Shown here piece after piece: positions 39,110 through 51,840 of a stretch of 64,000 bases of DNA. Positions within the stretch are counted from its first letter, which is position 1. Each line of letters starts with the position of its first letter. The notes beneath the pieces were generated by a model. That model was not told the origin of the DNA, did no database searches, and worked only from the letters and a program-made list of their open reading frames with translations. This stretch comes from Octopus sinensis (taxonomy: Eukaryota): NCBI RefSeq assembly GCF_006345805.1, contig NC_043001.1, forward strand, positions 77,748,001 through 77,812,000, written 5' to 3'. The position numbers were made by a program, and so were the translations under genes.

Positions 39110-39721
39110 ATGAATAGCAATGGACTCAGAGAATTGTCCGTGTATCACAGTGAGCTCCTATTACGTACTTGGCTCTCAGTCCACGTAGAAGTCAATGCAA
39201 TTGAAAACCAGAAAATTCGGGTGATAAAATTATTCTTTGAGGAGTATACAAAAACGTTAAGTCGGCAGATAGGATAGGTGAATATATACTTATTTACCAA
39301 TATGCTTTCAATAGAAATATGGCGCTTCGCAATCTTCTATATGTAATATTTATTTCCGTAAGCAATTAATTACGTGAGCGTTTCCATTAATATATATTGT
39401 CAGAACTATACAATGTTATTGTATGTTCAATATTCACGAATTAATGCAAATAAAGGAAGTCAACCTATCAGATCTCACGAAAATGATGGTTACATCAAAA
39501 GCTCGACTTCATTTGCGTTAATTTGTGAATATAGAATTGTACAGTATAATGCTCGGTATGCATGTTAATACAAAGCTGAACCGATAATATCTGGCATAAT
39601 GAAATTAAAACCAGATGGAGAAGGTTACGAAACGGCCGTAACCCCAAGTAAGTTATGTAGTTAAATATATATTCATCTTTCATACCTCTCGAATTTATGC
39701 TCCTATGTTATATTTATGTCC

Positions 39722-40152
39722 CTCTGGCTGTGTGGTAAGTAGCTTGCTAACGAATCCCATGGTTCTAGGTTCAGTCCCATTGCGTGGCACCTTGGGCAAG
39801 TGTCTCCTACTATAGCCTCGGGCCGACCAAATCCTTGTGAGTGGATTTGGTAGACGGAAGCTGAAAGAAGCCCGTGGTATATACGTATATATATAAATAT
39901 AAATATATATATATGTGTGTGTATGTGTGTGTGTATATTTGCGTGTCTCTTTGACCCTCCAACATCGCTTGACAACCGATGGTGGTGTGTTTACGTCCCC
40001 GTCACTTAGCAGTTCGGCAAAACAGACCTATAGAATAAGTACTAGCCTTACAAAGAATAAGTCCTGGTGTCGATTTGATCGACTAAAGGTTGTGTTCCAG
40101 CATGGCTACAGTCAAATGACTGAAACAATTAAAAGAGTAAAAGAGTAAAAGA
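39722..40152 (+). mobile_element. SINE family B, full length
   Basis: Head, body, short internal TA/TG tract, tail ending (AAAAGAGT)n. Confidence 0.92.
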
Positions 40153-40157
40153 TTATA

Positions 40158-40193
<36 letters not shown>

Positions 40194-40617
40194 AAATAAT
40201 AATACTTTTATAAGCTTAAAGCTTATTTACAATCACCGTGCATTGACTAAGTTAACTCCATGATGACCATTTTTTTTTTTTATCAAGCAACTAGGTTGCA
40301 TACACAGAGATCATCTCGGCTCTGATCAGCGATTAGTGCACGACACTGGTTTTGCGTATATTTGCATCATCCTTTTTAACCAGTTTACGGCGGATTTCAT
40401 TCAGTTGCCTGTCTGTGCCAACGGTAATCGCCCCGATTCAGGTTAGCACTCAGTGCGAGTTAACGTTTGGCGTATATTTACGTCAACCGCTTTAGTGCAA
40501 GTACTGTTTATATACCTAAATTATGTACTTGTGCAGGACGCTCATGCGGTATTATTCCTGAATAAGATCACTCAACAGCACAAGTTTGATCAACTTATTT
40601 ATTTACAATCACGTGAA

Positions 40618-42230
40618 TTAAAAAAACTGACTTTAGTGCGGTAGAATTCAAAACAGGGTACCACACAGTGGCATATTACATTGTGAACAGAGGTATCTGG
40701 TTTCCTTACATTTCCCTTTGCTTTACATACTGTGCATCTCTTTCAAGCATTTGTCTTCTTGGAGGTGGGTAGAAACAGTCGTGGAAAATGCCCACGTCCC
40801 TTCACCCTGCGGTGATAAGTGAATCCGGCGTGGGAACGTCGACTCATTCTGTAATTTTGCAGGTCTGATACTTCTACCATTTCACGGAACAATAGATTCT
40901 GGAATGTCAATCCATCTCGCGCATTGCCAAGCATCTGCCGATTCAAGTGCGAGTTCATGACATACATGACAATTATATGCAAGAAAATTTATTTGCATCT
41001 TTTCACAAATTTTCTCACCGATATTTGCATCGTCGCCAGCTGATCTGAACGATGGACCCCGCATATCCCTTCATTGTACGAAACAACTACACTCGGTTTC
41101 ATTATGGCATTACCGTCTGTATCTTGTTTGCTAGTGTTCTTCATGTGTACAGAATGCATTGTGGATAACATGCAGACGTGTTTCTTGTCACGTTACACTA
41201 GAGGGAGTATGCCACTATCAGTGCATCGTTACGCTGATTCCCCCTTTTGAAGTTTCATCTTTTGAAGTTCGTATGGCATGTTTTTTCCCGTGCGTCGTCA
41301 CAGTCTCACAGAAATTAATCCCCCTCGCTTGCAGCTTCAGGAAGACGTCTGGACTGGAAAACCACTTGTCCATATAAATATTGTGGCCTTTGTCAAACAA
41401 GTTTTCATCCAGCGACAACTTGACATCAGTTGACGCTAGAGTATACTCTTGAAGTTTCAATCTCTTCTGACCAGTGTAGATTTTGTAATTCCACGTGTAG
41501 CCAGCCAGTTGACTGGCATACTTTATAATCCTTGACTCCAAAGCGGGCATCTTTTTTCGGTTTGTATTGTTTGAATCGGAGCCTTTCCTTAAATTTCCAA
41601 AAAAACTCTCGTCCTGTGTGGAAACACACACCGTTCTAACATTTTCAGTCACTTTGTCAACGATAGGACGTATTCTGTGCAGCCTGTCATCCTGGTTTTG
41701 GCCGAAGTTGAAATGTAGAAGAAGCGTCAAAAGTCGATCACGTGGCATCGGTTTCAGAAAGAAACTCGTCGACATAGCTGGTTACCGATTCTAATACCAC
41801 TCCAGGATCGTTTCTCCACGATGCCCATCAGTAATAGCAAAGCAAGCGAAACTTTGATTTTGTCACCTGCGTTTGGAAACCAATCCCCGCCATGCCTGAC
41901 TTTGACATGCTGGGGAAAGTTTTCAACAGTGTCACTCATTTCGTCCGCCCTATATTGAAATACTTCATCCGGCAAAACCTTGAGGAAGATTTCCGATCGC
42001 AATTTCCATGTTCAAGGTTTGCTTTTATGGCAGGTGTACGAGTAAACACAAGCCGTCCGACACCAGTAAACACAGGTGTTACCTGCCTGTACCTTTCGTT
42101 CACTGGTATATCATCATCGCTATCGGAATCATCCGATTTTGAACTAGGAAAATACTCACTCTCCGAGTCATCCGTAAGAACCAATTTGTCAGGTGGTGGA
42201 GCTTGGTGTAGTTTGGCGCGACGACCGTAA
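40618..42230 (-). mobile_element. Decayed piggyBac (PGBD4-like) transposase
   Basis: Acidic N-terminus (SDDSESEY..SDDSDSDDD); MPRDR..TLL.HF..Q..DRLHRIRP; DES...F.K.RLRFKQYKPKK.ARFG.K.Y; GHNIYMDKWFSSPDVFLKL; C-terminal Cys-rich domain KRCTVC..KETRYLCSQC..PLC.VPCFEFY.TK (40620-40740). Many frameshifts. Possible weak TIRs at ~40255 (TTAA|CTCCATGAT) and ~42352-42362. Confidence 0.9.
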
Positions 42231-42647
42231 ATTCGACGAAACAAGACACGACGACCATTTGAAATGATAATGATATATTTTATAAACTTAGAGAACTTAT
42301 AAACGAGTACCGTGCATATATATATATATATATATATATATTTATGAAAATAGATCACGGAGTGACCACCGTACACTACACAGGTACGGGCTGCCCTTTG
42401 GCAAGATGTAACCCCAGATTAGCGACCCTGCAGAGGAATATTGGACTCCAACAAGACGGATTGGGACGAGTCAGCAGAAGAACTCAATTGAACCATTGGT
42501 ATTTCTTAAAAGGTAATCCTAGAAGATCAACGGTCAAGATCACCAAGCTGTATAAAGAGAGTAGCTGTAACTTATCCTTTGGGTCTGTAATAAAGGAACT
42601 AAATGGAGACAGAGAGTCAGGGGAATCCACGAAAGCAGCAGCATATA

Positions 42648-42689
<42 letters not shown>

Positions 42690-42707
42690 ATATAAATTGC
42701 TCAGCAG

Positions 42708-42757
<50 letters not shown>

Positions 42758-42898
42758 TATATTAAATTAGAGATAAAACCGCTATTAGGCAAATCAAACA
42801 ATGAAAAACTTAACTTAATACATAAAATTAATTTATTTATTTATATTATTTTAAATATATATCAAAAGTATTAAAAGTTTAATAAAAGATAATGAGGA

Positions 42899-42973
42899 AA
42901 ACACTACGATCGTTTCATGGCTGTCCAATTCGTAATAATTCGAGTTATGGTTACAGTCAATCTTCAGGTAATT
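42899..42973 (-). ncRNA. Hammerhead motif, left-arm copy
   Basis: Minus strand: AATTAC / CTGAAGA / TTGACTGT..ACAGCCAT / GAAA-CGATCG-TA / GTGTTT. Confidence 0.6.
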
Positions 42974-43663
42974 GAAATATTTATCTTAGCGAGGTTTAGC
43001 AATGAACTAAAATTTTGAATCGGAAAACGTCTTTACAGCGCTTATTAGAATACTCGTGGAATTACGTTATTAGCAAAAAAAAAAAGAAGAAATTGTTGAA
43101 GATTTCATTACGCGTGAGGAACCTACGTTTTATTAAAGATTGTGAATGGGAAAATTATTTGTTTATCATTGTAAATAAAATGAAGTCACAATAAAGAATA
43201 AAATCTCTCTATTCTATAATATTATTTATAAATAACTATGGATAAATGAAACTTAATACAAAATAAATTAATGATTTAAATGATTAAAATCCACTAAAAT
43301 TATTAAATATATTCTAAAAATCTTATAAGATTAATAAATATATAAAAATTTTGTATTGTATTGTAGCATGATTATAGGCATTTATATATGTATTTATTAT
43401 ATGATATATATTGGTTGTGTGTGTATGTATATATGTGTATAAGATGATGTGTGTGTATATATATGTATATGTATATACATATATTTATGTGTATGTGTGT
43501 GGGTGTGTATATATAGGTGTAAGTGTATATATTGAGTATTGTATGGATGTACATGTATGTATGAGTGTGCATATGTGTATGTGTGTATGTGTGTGTATAT
43601 ATGTGTATATATGTATGTATGTGTGTATGTATGTGTATATGTGTATGTATATGTATATGTATG

Positions 43664-43694
<31 letters not shown>

Positions 43695-44228
43695 GTATAT
43701 GTATATATATTTTTTTATATATTTATGAATACGTATGTATAGTTATACTACAAATTTTGATAAGTATTTATAGTTTTGGTTATCATCACTAATTTTAGCT
43801 TATAAAGGCATGGGAAAGACTTTATAGTATGTTGAGGGGTTACTATATAAATACATTTTTATATATTTATTAATCTTATAAGATTTTTAGAATATATTTA
43901 ATTATTAGTGGTTTTTAATCATTTAAATGATTTAATTTATTTTGTATTAAGTTTCATTTATCATAGTTATTTTATTAAATAATATTATAGTATAGAGAGA
44001 TTTTATTCTTTATTTGTGACTTCATTCTATTTACAATGATAAACCATTAATTTTTCCATTCACAATCTTTAATAAAACGTAGGTTCCTCACGCGTAATGA
44101 ATTCTTCAACAATTTATTCTGTTTTTTGCTAATAACGTAATTCCACGAGTATTCTAATAAACGCTGTAAAGACGTTTTCCGATTCAAACTTTTAGTTCAT
44201 TGCTAAACCTCGCTAAGATAAATATATC

Positions 44229-44303
44229 AATTACCTGAAGATTGACCGTAAGCATAACTCGAATTATTACGAATTGGACAGCCATGAAACGATCGTAGTG
44301 TTT
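44229..44303 (+). ncRNA. Hammerhead motif, right-arm copy
   Basis: Core CTGAAGA at 44235-44241, GAAA at 44286-44289, palindrome ACGATCGT, A17 at 44297; stems I and II imperfect. Confidence 0.58.
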
Positions 44304-44520
44304 TACTCATTATCTTTTATTAAACTTTTAATACTTTTGATATATATTTAAAATAATATAAATTAATTAATTTTATGTATTGGCTTAAGTTTTTCATTGT
44401 TTGATTTCCCTAATAGTGGTTTTATCTCTAATTTAATATAATATAATATTTTACTATAAAATTGGATTCAATCCTAAATCTGATTTTTCTGTGTAAGTTT
44501 GGATTTATTCCCTAATATTT

Positions 44521-44558
<38 letters not shown>

Positions 44559-44600
44559 TGCTACCTGCCTGTACCTATTATATATTTATGTAATAGCCAC

Positions 44601-44962
44601 AGAAGTGACTGTGTGATAAGAAGCTTGCTTCCCATTCACATAATTCTTGCAAGTGTCTTCTACTATAGCCTCGGGTCGACCTAAGCTTGTGAGTATATTT
44701 GATAGACAGACGGAAATTGAAAGAAGCTCGTCGTATATATATATGTGTGTGTGTATTTGTGTGTCTGTTTGTCCCCCCACCATCGTTTGACAACCGATTT
44801 TGGTGTGTTTACCTCCCCGTAATCTAGCGGTTCGGCAAATAAAACGGATAAAATAAGTAGCAGGCATACAAAGGACAAGTCCTAGAGTTGATTTGTTTGA
44901 CTAAAGACGGTGCTGCAGCATGGCTGCAATTAAATGACTGAAAGTGTTAAAAAATAAAAGAA
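44601..44962 (+). mobile_element. SINE family B
   Basis: Family B head, body and tail. Confidence 0.88.
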
Positions 44963-45039
44963 TATATGAATATATATATTTGTGTATGTATATATACATG
45001 CATATATTTATGTATGTGTATACATATATGTATGTGTAT

Positions 45040-45100
<61 letters not shown>

Positions 45101-46219
45101 CTATTATAAATATATATAGATAATACATACATACATACATGTGTATAAGTATGTTAGTCTCATTTTATCGTCTTACTTTACGATAGTACAATTTCTGCAA
45201 ATGCTTCCAGTTGCAGTTGTTTGGAGACATATTAATGTCTCTCAACTATCATGATGCCATTATTTGCATGAAGAGTTGCCGGTGTATGTGTGTGCGTGTG
45301 ACTTATATTATAGCAGGTTAGGGGTTTGATATCACCGCTGGAATTTGAAATTTGTTTGCTGAATTTGTCAGAGTGCTCTGTTTCTGCGTCACATTAGTGT
45401 ATATTATATTAAATGCTTGCATTAGAATTTTATTGTCTTCAGTGTATTATTACTTCGATCCTTAACTTTTTTTGTTTTTATGAAGAATCCTCTACAGGAT
45501 ACATGTGTTTTTAACCCCTTTGTGGTTTCTGTTGCTAGTCGTGGCACGTTACAATCACTGTTTATCCTTGTATCACAAATAACACAGTTGTAATCGTGTT
45601 GTTTACAACTTTCATATTACAAAATATTAGCATGTTTTTAGACTTGCAATCTTTAATGGTTTCTTGTAATGATTTTTTAAATATTTTGTTTCACAAGGTT
45701 ATTAACAAGGTTATGATATTTTCTAGTTAGTTTGCAGTTGATTCATGCTATACACTACACATTATTTATATATAAGTGTTGTGACTGAATCTGTTTATTG
45801 TGTGTTATTTCTAACTTGTTTGTTCTTTCCTTTGTCTACTAGTTCTTTGAAAAAAAATAACTATACTTGATTAGTGATTGTTTTATTCTGTAGATTTGCT
45901 TAAGTGGCGCTTCGTTAGTAACGACAATAGTTGAAATTCTCATATATACAAGATGAGAAATGATATTCGTCATTCATGTGTGCAATTATATTCTCTTTAT
46001 AAGCATGTGTACTTCCTATGTATTTGTATAAACAAACGAAGTACATCTGTTATTTATTTGACTACGCATGTTAAAGGTGAATTCACTCCCAGACTATATC
46101 TCACACGTACACATACTCATACGATATTCCAAAGACACGTTGACATCCACGTATAGTCGTACGCACACATACGCGCGCACGTATTCATACATACACACAC
46201 AAATACACACGCACACATT

Positions 46220-46260
<41 letters not shown>

Positions 46261-46624
46261 ATAAACAACATATAAGCAAATGCTACCAGTACACTTAAAA
46301 ACATCCATGTGTTCACATTCTTTTAGATACACACCAATTGAGGGAAGCAGTTTTAAGGGAAATAGATATATTGCAACGCATTTACAACTACTCGTATCCA
46401 CACACACGAACACACACACACTCGTACACACGCACACACAAACTTCTGTACACACATACACACGCATATGCACGTACTTTCAGAGGTACTCCTACACACA
46501 CAAAAATTTTCGAAATAAATAAATATATATATAAATATAAGCATTACGTAACATAATCAAAACAATGTACAGCGGTGACATAAGCCAGCGGTCATCAAGA
46601 TTTTTGTTTTTAAGATGCAGAGAC

Positions 46625-46990
46625 GGAGTCGTGGCTCTGTGGTCGTTAAGAATCTCGCTTTGGAATCAGGCAGTTTTTACTTATTTTATCTTGGGGCTGG
46701 CCAGATTGGAGCAATCTCGAGTATAACCAGCCGAAATTGCAAAGATAATCTGGAACTCGACTGAGGATAAAAAACTCCGAATTATCCGTCCTTGTTTTCC
46801 TTGTATCGTCTGTCTGGATATTTTGGGATTATTCTATTTCTCTACCTCCACCTCCCTCTCTTCTCTCTCCACGTGACCGGTGTTCGGCCAGGCCTGACCT
46901 TTCTGTACAATCCTACTGTTCAACACTCTGTGCAAGTGTCTTTTACTATAGGCTCGGGCCAAACAAAGCTTTGTGAGTAAATTTGAAGAT
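46625..46990 (+). mobile_element. Family B SINE head split by a ~220-bp PLE-like insertion (~46678-46900)
   Basis: The head stops at GCAGTTTT and resumes at ..CAATCCTACTG..GCAAGTGTCTTTTACTATAG. The insert matches the reverse complement of 48370-48460 and 48555-48620. Confidence 0.65.
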
Positions 46991-47370
46991 CGGAACCTTC
47001 TAGAACCCTGTCCTTTGTATACAGACACACACAGTCACATATACACACATATGTATTTATACGTACGAGTGAATGGAGAAAAGAAAGAAAAGGACACTAA
47101 ACAGTGGAAGTTGGAGTTGCATGTATTTCTCCATTCAGGAATCTCGAGCCTGAATGAGATGGACCACTCGTATGGTATCTGCGAAACTTTAAATCGCAGG
47201 GTACATAATCAGAAAGCTTTGAGTACTATACATATATATGCATGAGGATTTGCCTGGGATTTGTAATCTACTTAAATTTACTGGTATCTGATTCTTGAAA
47301 ATTTAAACTTATTCCTATATACTGAGTTCTTAATTGATATCTGCGAGGATTTTAAAAATCCAGCTTTTGC

Positions 47371-47413
<43 letters not shown>

Positions 47414-47428
47414 CACACACACACACAC

Positions 47429-47472
<44 letters not shown>

Positions 47473-48194
47473 ATACATATATATACTGACACTGCTACAT
47501 GCGTTTATTTTTCAACCAGGTTACGGTAACAAAAGGTGTCGGTGAAATGCAAAGGTAAATACACAAAAACACATACATGAACAAACATACTCACACATAT
47601 TTATGCGTGTGTCTGTGTATACCAAAGTAATACGCATATCCACCAGACAAGTTCAAGTTATGTATGAGCAAAAACGTGCATATTTATACACACAAACCTA
47701 TTCAGACGTCCACGAATACCAACACCTGTCACTAGGACAGTGGCCTGTTTGAAATCTCCAAATGACAAAACTTAAATCCTAAAGAAATTATATAAATGCA
47801 GAATTAAGAAATGAAAGATATCGAACGAATATTAAGTATACCGGTGGTGAACATTTATGAGATTCGTGCATCATATCGCACACTTAATAACCAAATCACA
47901 ACTGAGTTCACAACACTAAAAATCTCCTGACTAATAGTGGCAGTTGTGACGGTTTGCAAACCCACCGATGTGAAATACTGCTTCACCACTCCAGAGGATA
48001 CTCTTAAAGAGATCAGACCATGTTTGTAGGAGGACTTCTAAATTTGAAACAAAATAATCGATCTGAAAAAAAAAATAAACAACGTAGAATCAATTACCAT
48101 ACATTGTAGAACATACAGAACAAATTTGAGGAAAAAATTATAGTTGATAAATAAATTATAAGTATTTTAAAATAGTTATTTTTCAATCATTCTG

Positions 48195-48320
<126 letters not shown>

Positions 48321-48359
48321 CATCTATCTATATATCTATCTATCTATCTATATAAAATA

Positions 48360-48800
48360 CAAAAATGGGAAAGAACGCAAATTATCCAGAGACGATACAA
48401 GGAAAACAAAGACGGATCATTCGGAGTTTTCTATCTTCAGTCGATTTCTAGATTAAGCTGACGTGTGTGGAAGTAAAGTTTTTACGGTAGGGTCATAAGA
48501 TTTAACAAGCACAGGAAGGAATATAGATGTTGCACGGACAGTAGTCCAACCAAGAAAGAAAGTTCAGGCCTGGCCGAACACCGGTCACATGGGGAAAAAG
48601 AGAGGGAAGTGGAGGTAGAGGGATTGAAGAATTAAGGAGGGGGCGAGAGAAAAATGAAAGAGGCACAATGAATGGAAAGAGGGAAAGTGAGCATGAAGAG
48701 AAGGCCGGAAATGTGAGGGAGGGGGAACGAAAGAACGAAGAGTGGAATGAACGAAGTGTCAAAGGGCTGAAAGAAAGAATGAAAGAATGAAAGGATACAA
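48360..48800 (-). mobile_element. Short PLE-like terminal-repeat-derived element
   Basis: Carries the same two modules as 46720-46900 but in circularly permuted order. Confidence 0.6.
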
Positions 48801-48843
48801 AGAACAATAGAGTCGTACGAAATTTAGATATATATACATACAT

Positions 48844-49512
48844 ATTTTCACCTTATTTCCGAATTACACTACTTGGCGGTTGGAGTTATGGCTGCTCTTT
48901 CTGGTGGACGAATGGCCTGTTCAGGCCATTCCTAAATTGTTATATTTATACATATTTAGTCTTTGACTATTTTCTCTTTTCCATTAGGCCGCTGGTAGCG
49001 ATAAATTTTTACTGAATTTTTTGCTACCCTAAATTGATTAATTGATAATTTTCTGACTAATTCTGAGATTGAATCAGCAGTTTATATTTGCTGCCGATAA
49101 GTTTGGCGCGAATGCGTTGGTCTTGAAAATTTTAAGACAGATATTCCCGAGGCATTGATACAGTAGCCTCGTGTATATCCGTCTCTCCCAGGTTTCTTTT
49201 ACTGATGAAGTGTGACCTATGGTAGACTAGCTTAATTTAATTTAATTAAGCTGGTCTATCATTAAAGACACCGAAACGATGCATCGTATAAAAGATGAAT
49301 TAGGGTAAATGTTTTTAAATTTTCACCTTATTTCCGAATTACACTACTTGGCGGTTGGAGTTATGGCTGCTCTTTCTGGTGGACGAATGGCCTGTTCAGG
49401 CCATTCCTAAATTGTTATATTTATACATATTTAGTCTTTGACTATTTTCTCTTTTCCATTAGGCCGCTGGTAGCGATAAATTTTTACTGAATTTTTTGCT
49501 ACCCTAAATTGA

Positions 49513-49517
<5 letters not shown>
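48844..49517 (+). mobile_element. Partial-tandem hammerhead element: unit 475 bp plus a 199-bp repeat; retrozyme or PLE pLTR-like
   Basis: 48844-49042 and 49319-49517 read as identical; a hammerhead lies between them; the element ends in (TA)n. Confidence 0.85.
49196..49294 (+). ncRNA. Type I hammerhead ribozyme with extended stem II
   Basis: CTTTTA / CTGATGA / A-GTGT...ACAC-C containing an 18-bp internal hairpin / GAAA-CGATGCATCG-TA / TAAAAG; predicted cleavage 3' of A49288. Confidence 0.88.
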
Positions 49518-49583
<66 letters not shown>

Positions 49584-49917
49584 TATATATACAGGCACAC
49601 ACACACATACACCACATATATATGCACATACATGTATGCAAGCATACATGGATGCATATTGTTTTCAACAAACCAATCCTTTTGCAAAGACCAATACTCC
49701 TCCCAAAATAAACATATTTTCCTAATAATTTTTATTCCTACCGATTCCATTGAAATCATTGTTATCCAAAATATCAACAAAGGCGTATTGCGAGTAATAT
49801 TATTTTTAGTTTAGTTTAGACTATAGCTTTCAATAGTATTTCCTAGGACATTTTTATTTCATTTCTTTCCGTATCCTTTCCAGATGTCCTACACAATAAC
49901 CACACACACACACACAC

Positions 49918-49976
<59 letters not shown>

Positions 49977-50112
49977 TCAAACGCGCACACGCACACACAT
50001 AGACGCATGCACACGCGCACAGAATTACAAAAGTATACATTCACACACATGTATATATATAAATATATAGCATTAATTCACACATATTATTTATCGTAAT
50101 CTTTATACACAC

Positions 50113-50158
<46 letters not shown>

Positions 50159-50533
50159 CAGGTATCTATATAAACATGTGTATACATATGTACATAAAAT
50201 ATATGTATCTGTATATATAATATATATGTGTATATATGTGTGTGTGTTTATATATATTTATGAATACACATGTACATAAAATATATCTCTATATCCGGGT
50301 ATTTACACACACACAAACACACAGACACACACACACACACACACACACATGTATATATATATATATATATATATATAAACACACATATAAATAAACACAC
50401 GCACACACATTTATATACACATAATACAATTCGCATTCTCGTAAAGTTTTATTTCGGATTTCTTTATATTAGACATGGGAGGTGTATGCTGATGCGAAGG
50501 TACAAAAGTTATATATATATATATATTATATAT

Positions 50534-50660
50534 ATTTTACTTTTATAGTCATCTGTGAAGGACAGAAACCTGTTATTGGCATATATATATATATATATAA
50601 TATATATATATATATGCCAATAACAGTTTCTGTCCTCACAGATGACTATAAAAGTAAAAT
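50534..50660. repeat. Inverted repeat with ~46-bp arms around (TA)n
   Basis: 50534-50580 versus 50616-50660; the arms differ by two single-base indels. Confidence 0.9.
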
Positions 50661-50942
50661 TCAACAATGACGTCCTTCGCTAAGAAGTCTTTATAATTGA
50701 ATGAGAAAAACTGGAGAGAGACTCTTCTGTGAGTTTGAGTTCGTCTGTATGTGTGTATGTGTTTGCGTATCTGTTCGTGTAGTGTGTGCGTGTGTGTGTT
50801 TGTGTGTGTGTGTGTGCGCGCGTGTTTGTGTGTCCTCTCACGGATGAAATACACTCCACATGTGTGTAGAAAGTTGGTGTGTATATGTATATGTTGAGCT
50901 ACATCTGTATATAAATAGCTCACTACACACATGTATGAATAA

Positions 50943-51235
50943 GATCGTGTGGTTGTGAGCTCGACTCCCGGACCGGGCTGTATTCTTGAGCAAGAACTTT
51001 ATTTCACATTGCCCCAGTTCACTCAGCTGTAGAAATGAGTTGCGACGTCACTGATGCCAAGCTGTATCGACCTTTGCCTTTCCCTTGGATAACACTGGTG
51101 GTGTGGGGAGGGGAGGCCGGTATGCATGGTCGACTGCTGGTCTTCCATAAACAACCTAGCCCCGACTTGTACCTGGGGGGGGGGGTAACTTTCTAGGTGC
51201 AATCCCATGGTCTGTGCCGTGAACGAAGGGGTCTC
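50943..51235 (+). mobile_element. tRNA-derived SINE family D variant, head truncated
   Basis: Central module CTTGAGCAAG.ACTTTATTTCAC.TTGC.CCAGT.CACTCAGCTG..AAATGAGTTG is shared with 56960-57025; the tail differs. Confidence 0.78.
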
Positions 51236-51305
51236 ATATGTCGTCGTGATAGATCGTTAGCCACAACACACATTTTTTTTTTCTCTCCTTGATTTTTCTG
51301 TGTCC

Positions 51306-51341
51306 CTTTCTGTAGAAGAGCGTAGGCTCGAAACGTAAAAG
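51306..51341 (+). ncRNA. Minimal hammerhead motif with A6U core change
   Basis: CTTT / CTGTAGA-A / GAGC-GTAG-GCTC / GAAA-CG-TA / AAAG. Confidence 0.65.
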
Positions 51342-51427
51342 ACTTTTCTATTCCTGAGCGTTATACTAATACAACGGTTTGTTTTGTAAACCACCTGTCT
51401 TCGTCTTTTTTTTTTTTTGTAAACTCT

Positions 51428-51474
<47 letters not shown>

Positions 51475-51599
51475 TATATACATATATATATACATACACT
51501 TACTCTCTCTCCCTATATGTATACACACACACAAGCACACATAGGCACACTCACACACACATATGTAAATATCCTATAGATCAGTAGTAGTATGCCTTC

Positions 51600-51800
51600 T
51601 TTTAAAGGTTATGGTGTTTTTCTCAGGTGAGATATATCAGTTATGGCCCCCTATTATAGATAATACTAATAGATTTTTGGAAAGAATAAATAAACTGTTA
51701 AGACAGTTAGTAAAACAAGGGTATAGATATGATACATTAGTTAAATTACTTAATCAATGTTTAGGTGGAAGACTAGAAATATTAAATAAATATGGTGCAA
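51600..51800 (+). mobile_element. Decayed PLE-type RT thumb fragment
   Basis: YGVF.SQ..Y(fs)...NRFLERINKLLRQLVKQGYRYDTL resembles the PLE 'SQL.RY.R.CS...F.ER...L..KL..QGY' segment. Confidence 0.5.
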
Positions 51801-51840
51801 CATCTAGCCTTCAACTTAGTAAATCATTATTGCTCACAGA

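Larger units (their letters stand above)
42760..44445. repeat. Large inverted repeat with ~600-bp arms (42760-43355 / 43850-44445) and a microsatellite spacer
   Basis: The arms are reverse complements with scattered differences, and each contains a hammerhead motif. Confidence 0.92.

Noticed and set aside
42344-42874. ORF 42344-42874 as a gene
   Set aside because: It has no recognisable domain and the second half is TA repeat and an inverted-repeat arm.
47132-47335. Cluster of short hairpins (CATTCAGG/CCTGAATG; CTGCGA/TCGCAG) as a structured ncRNA
   Set aside because: The stems are only 6-8 bp with no recognisable family motif and no second copy in the window.
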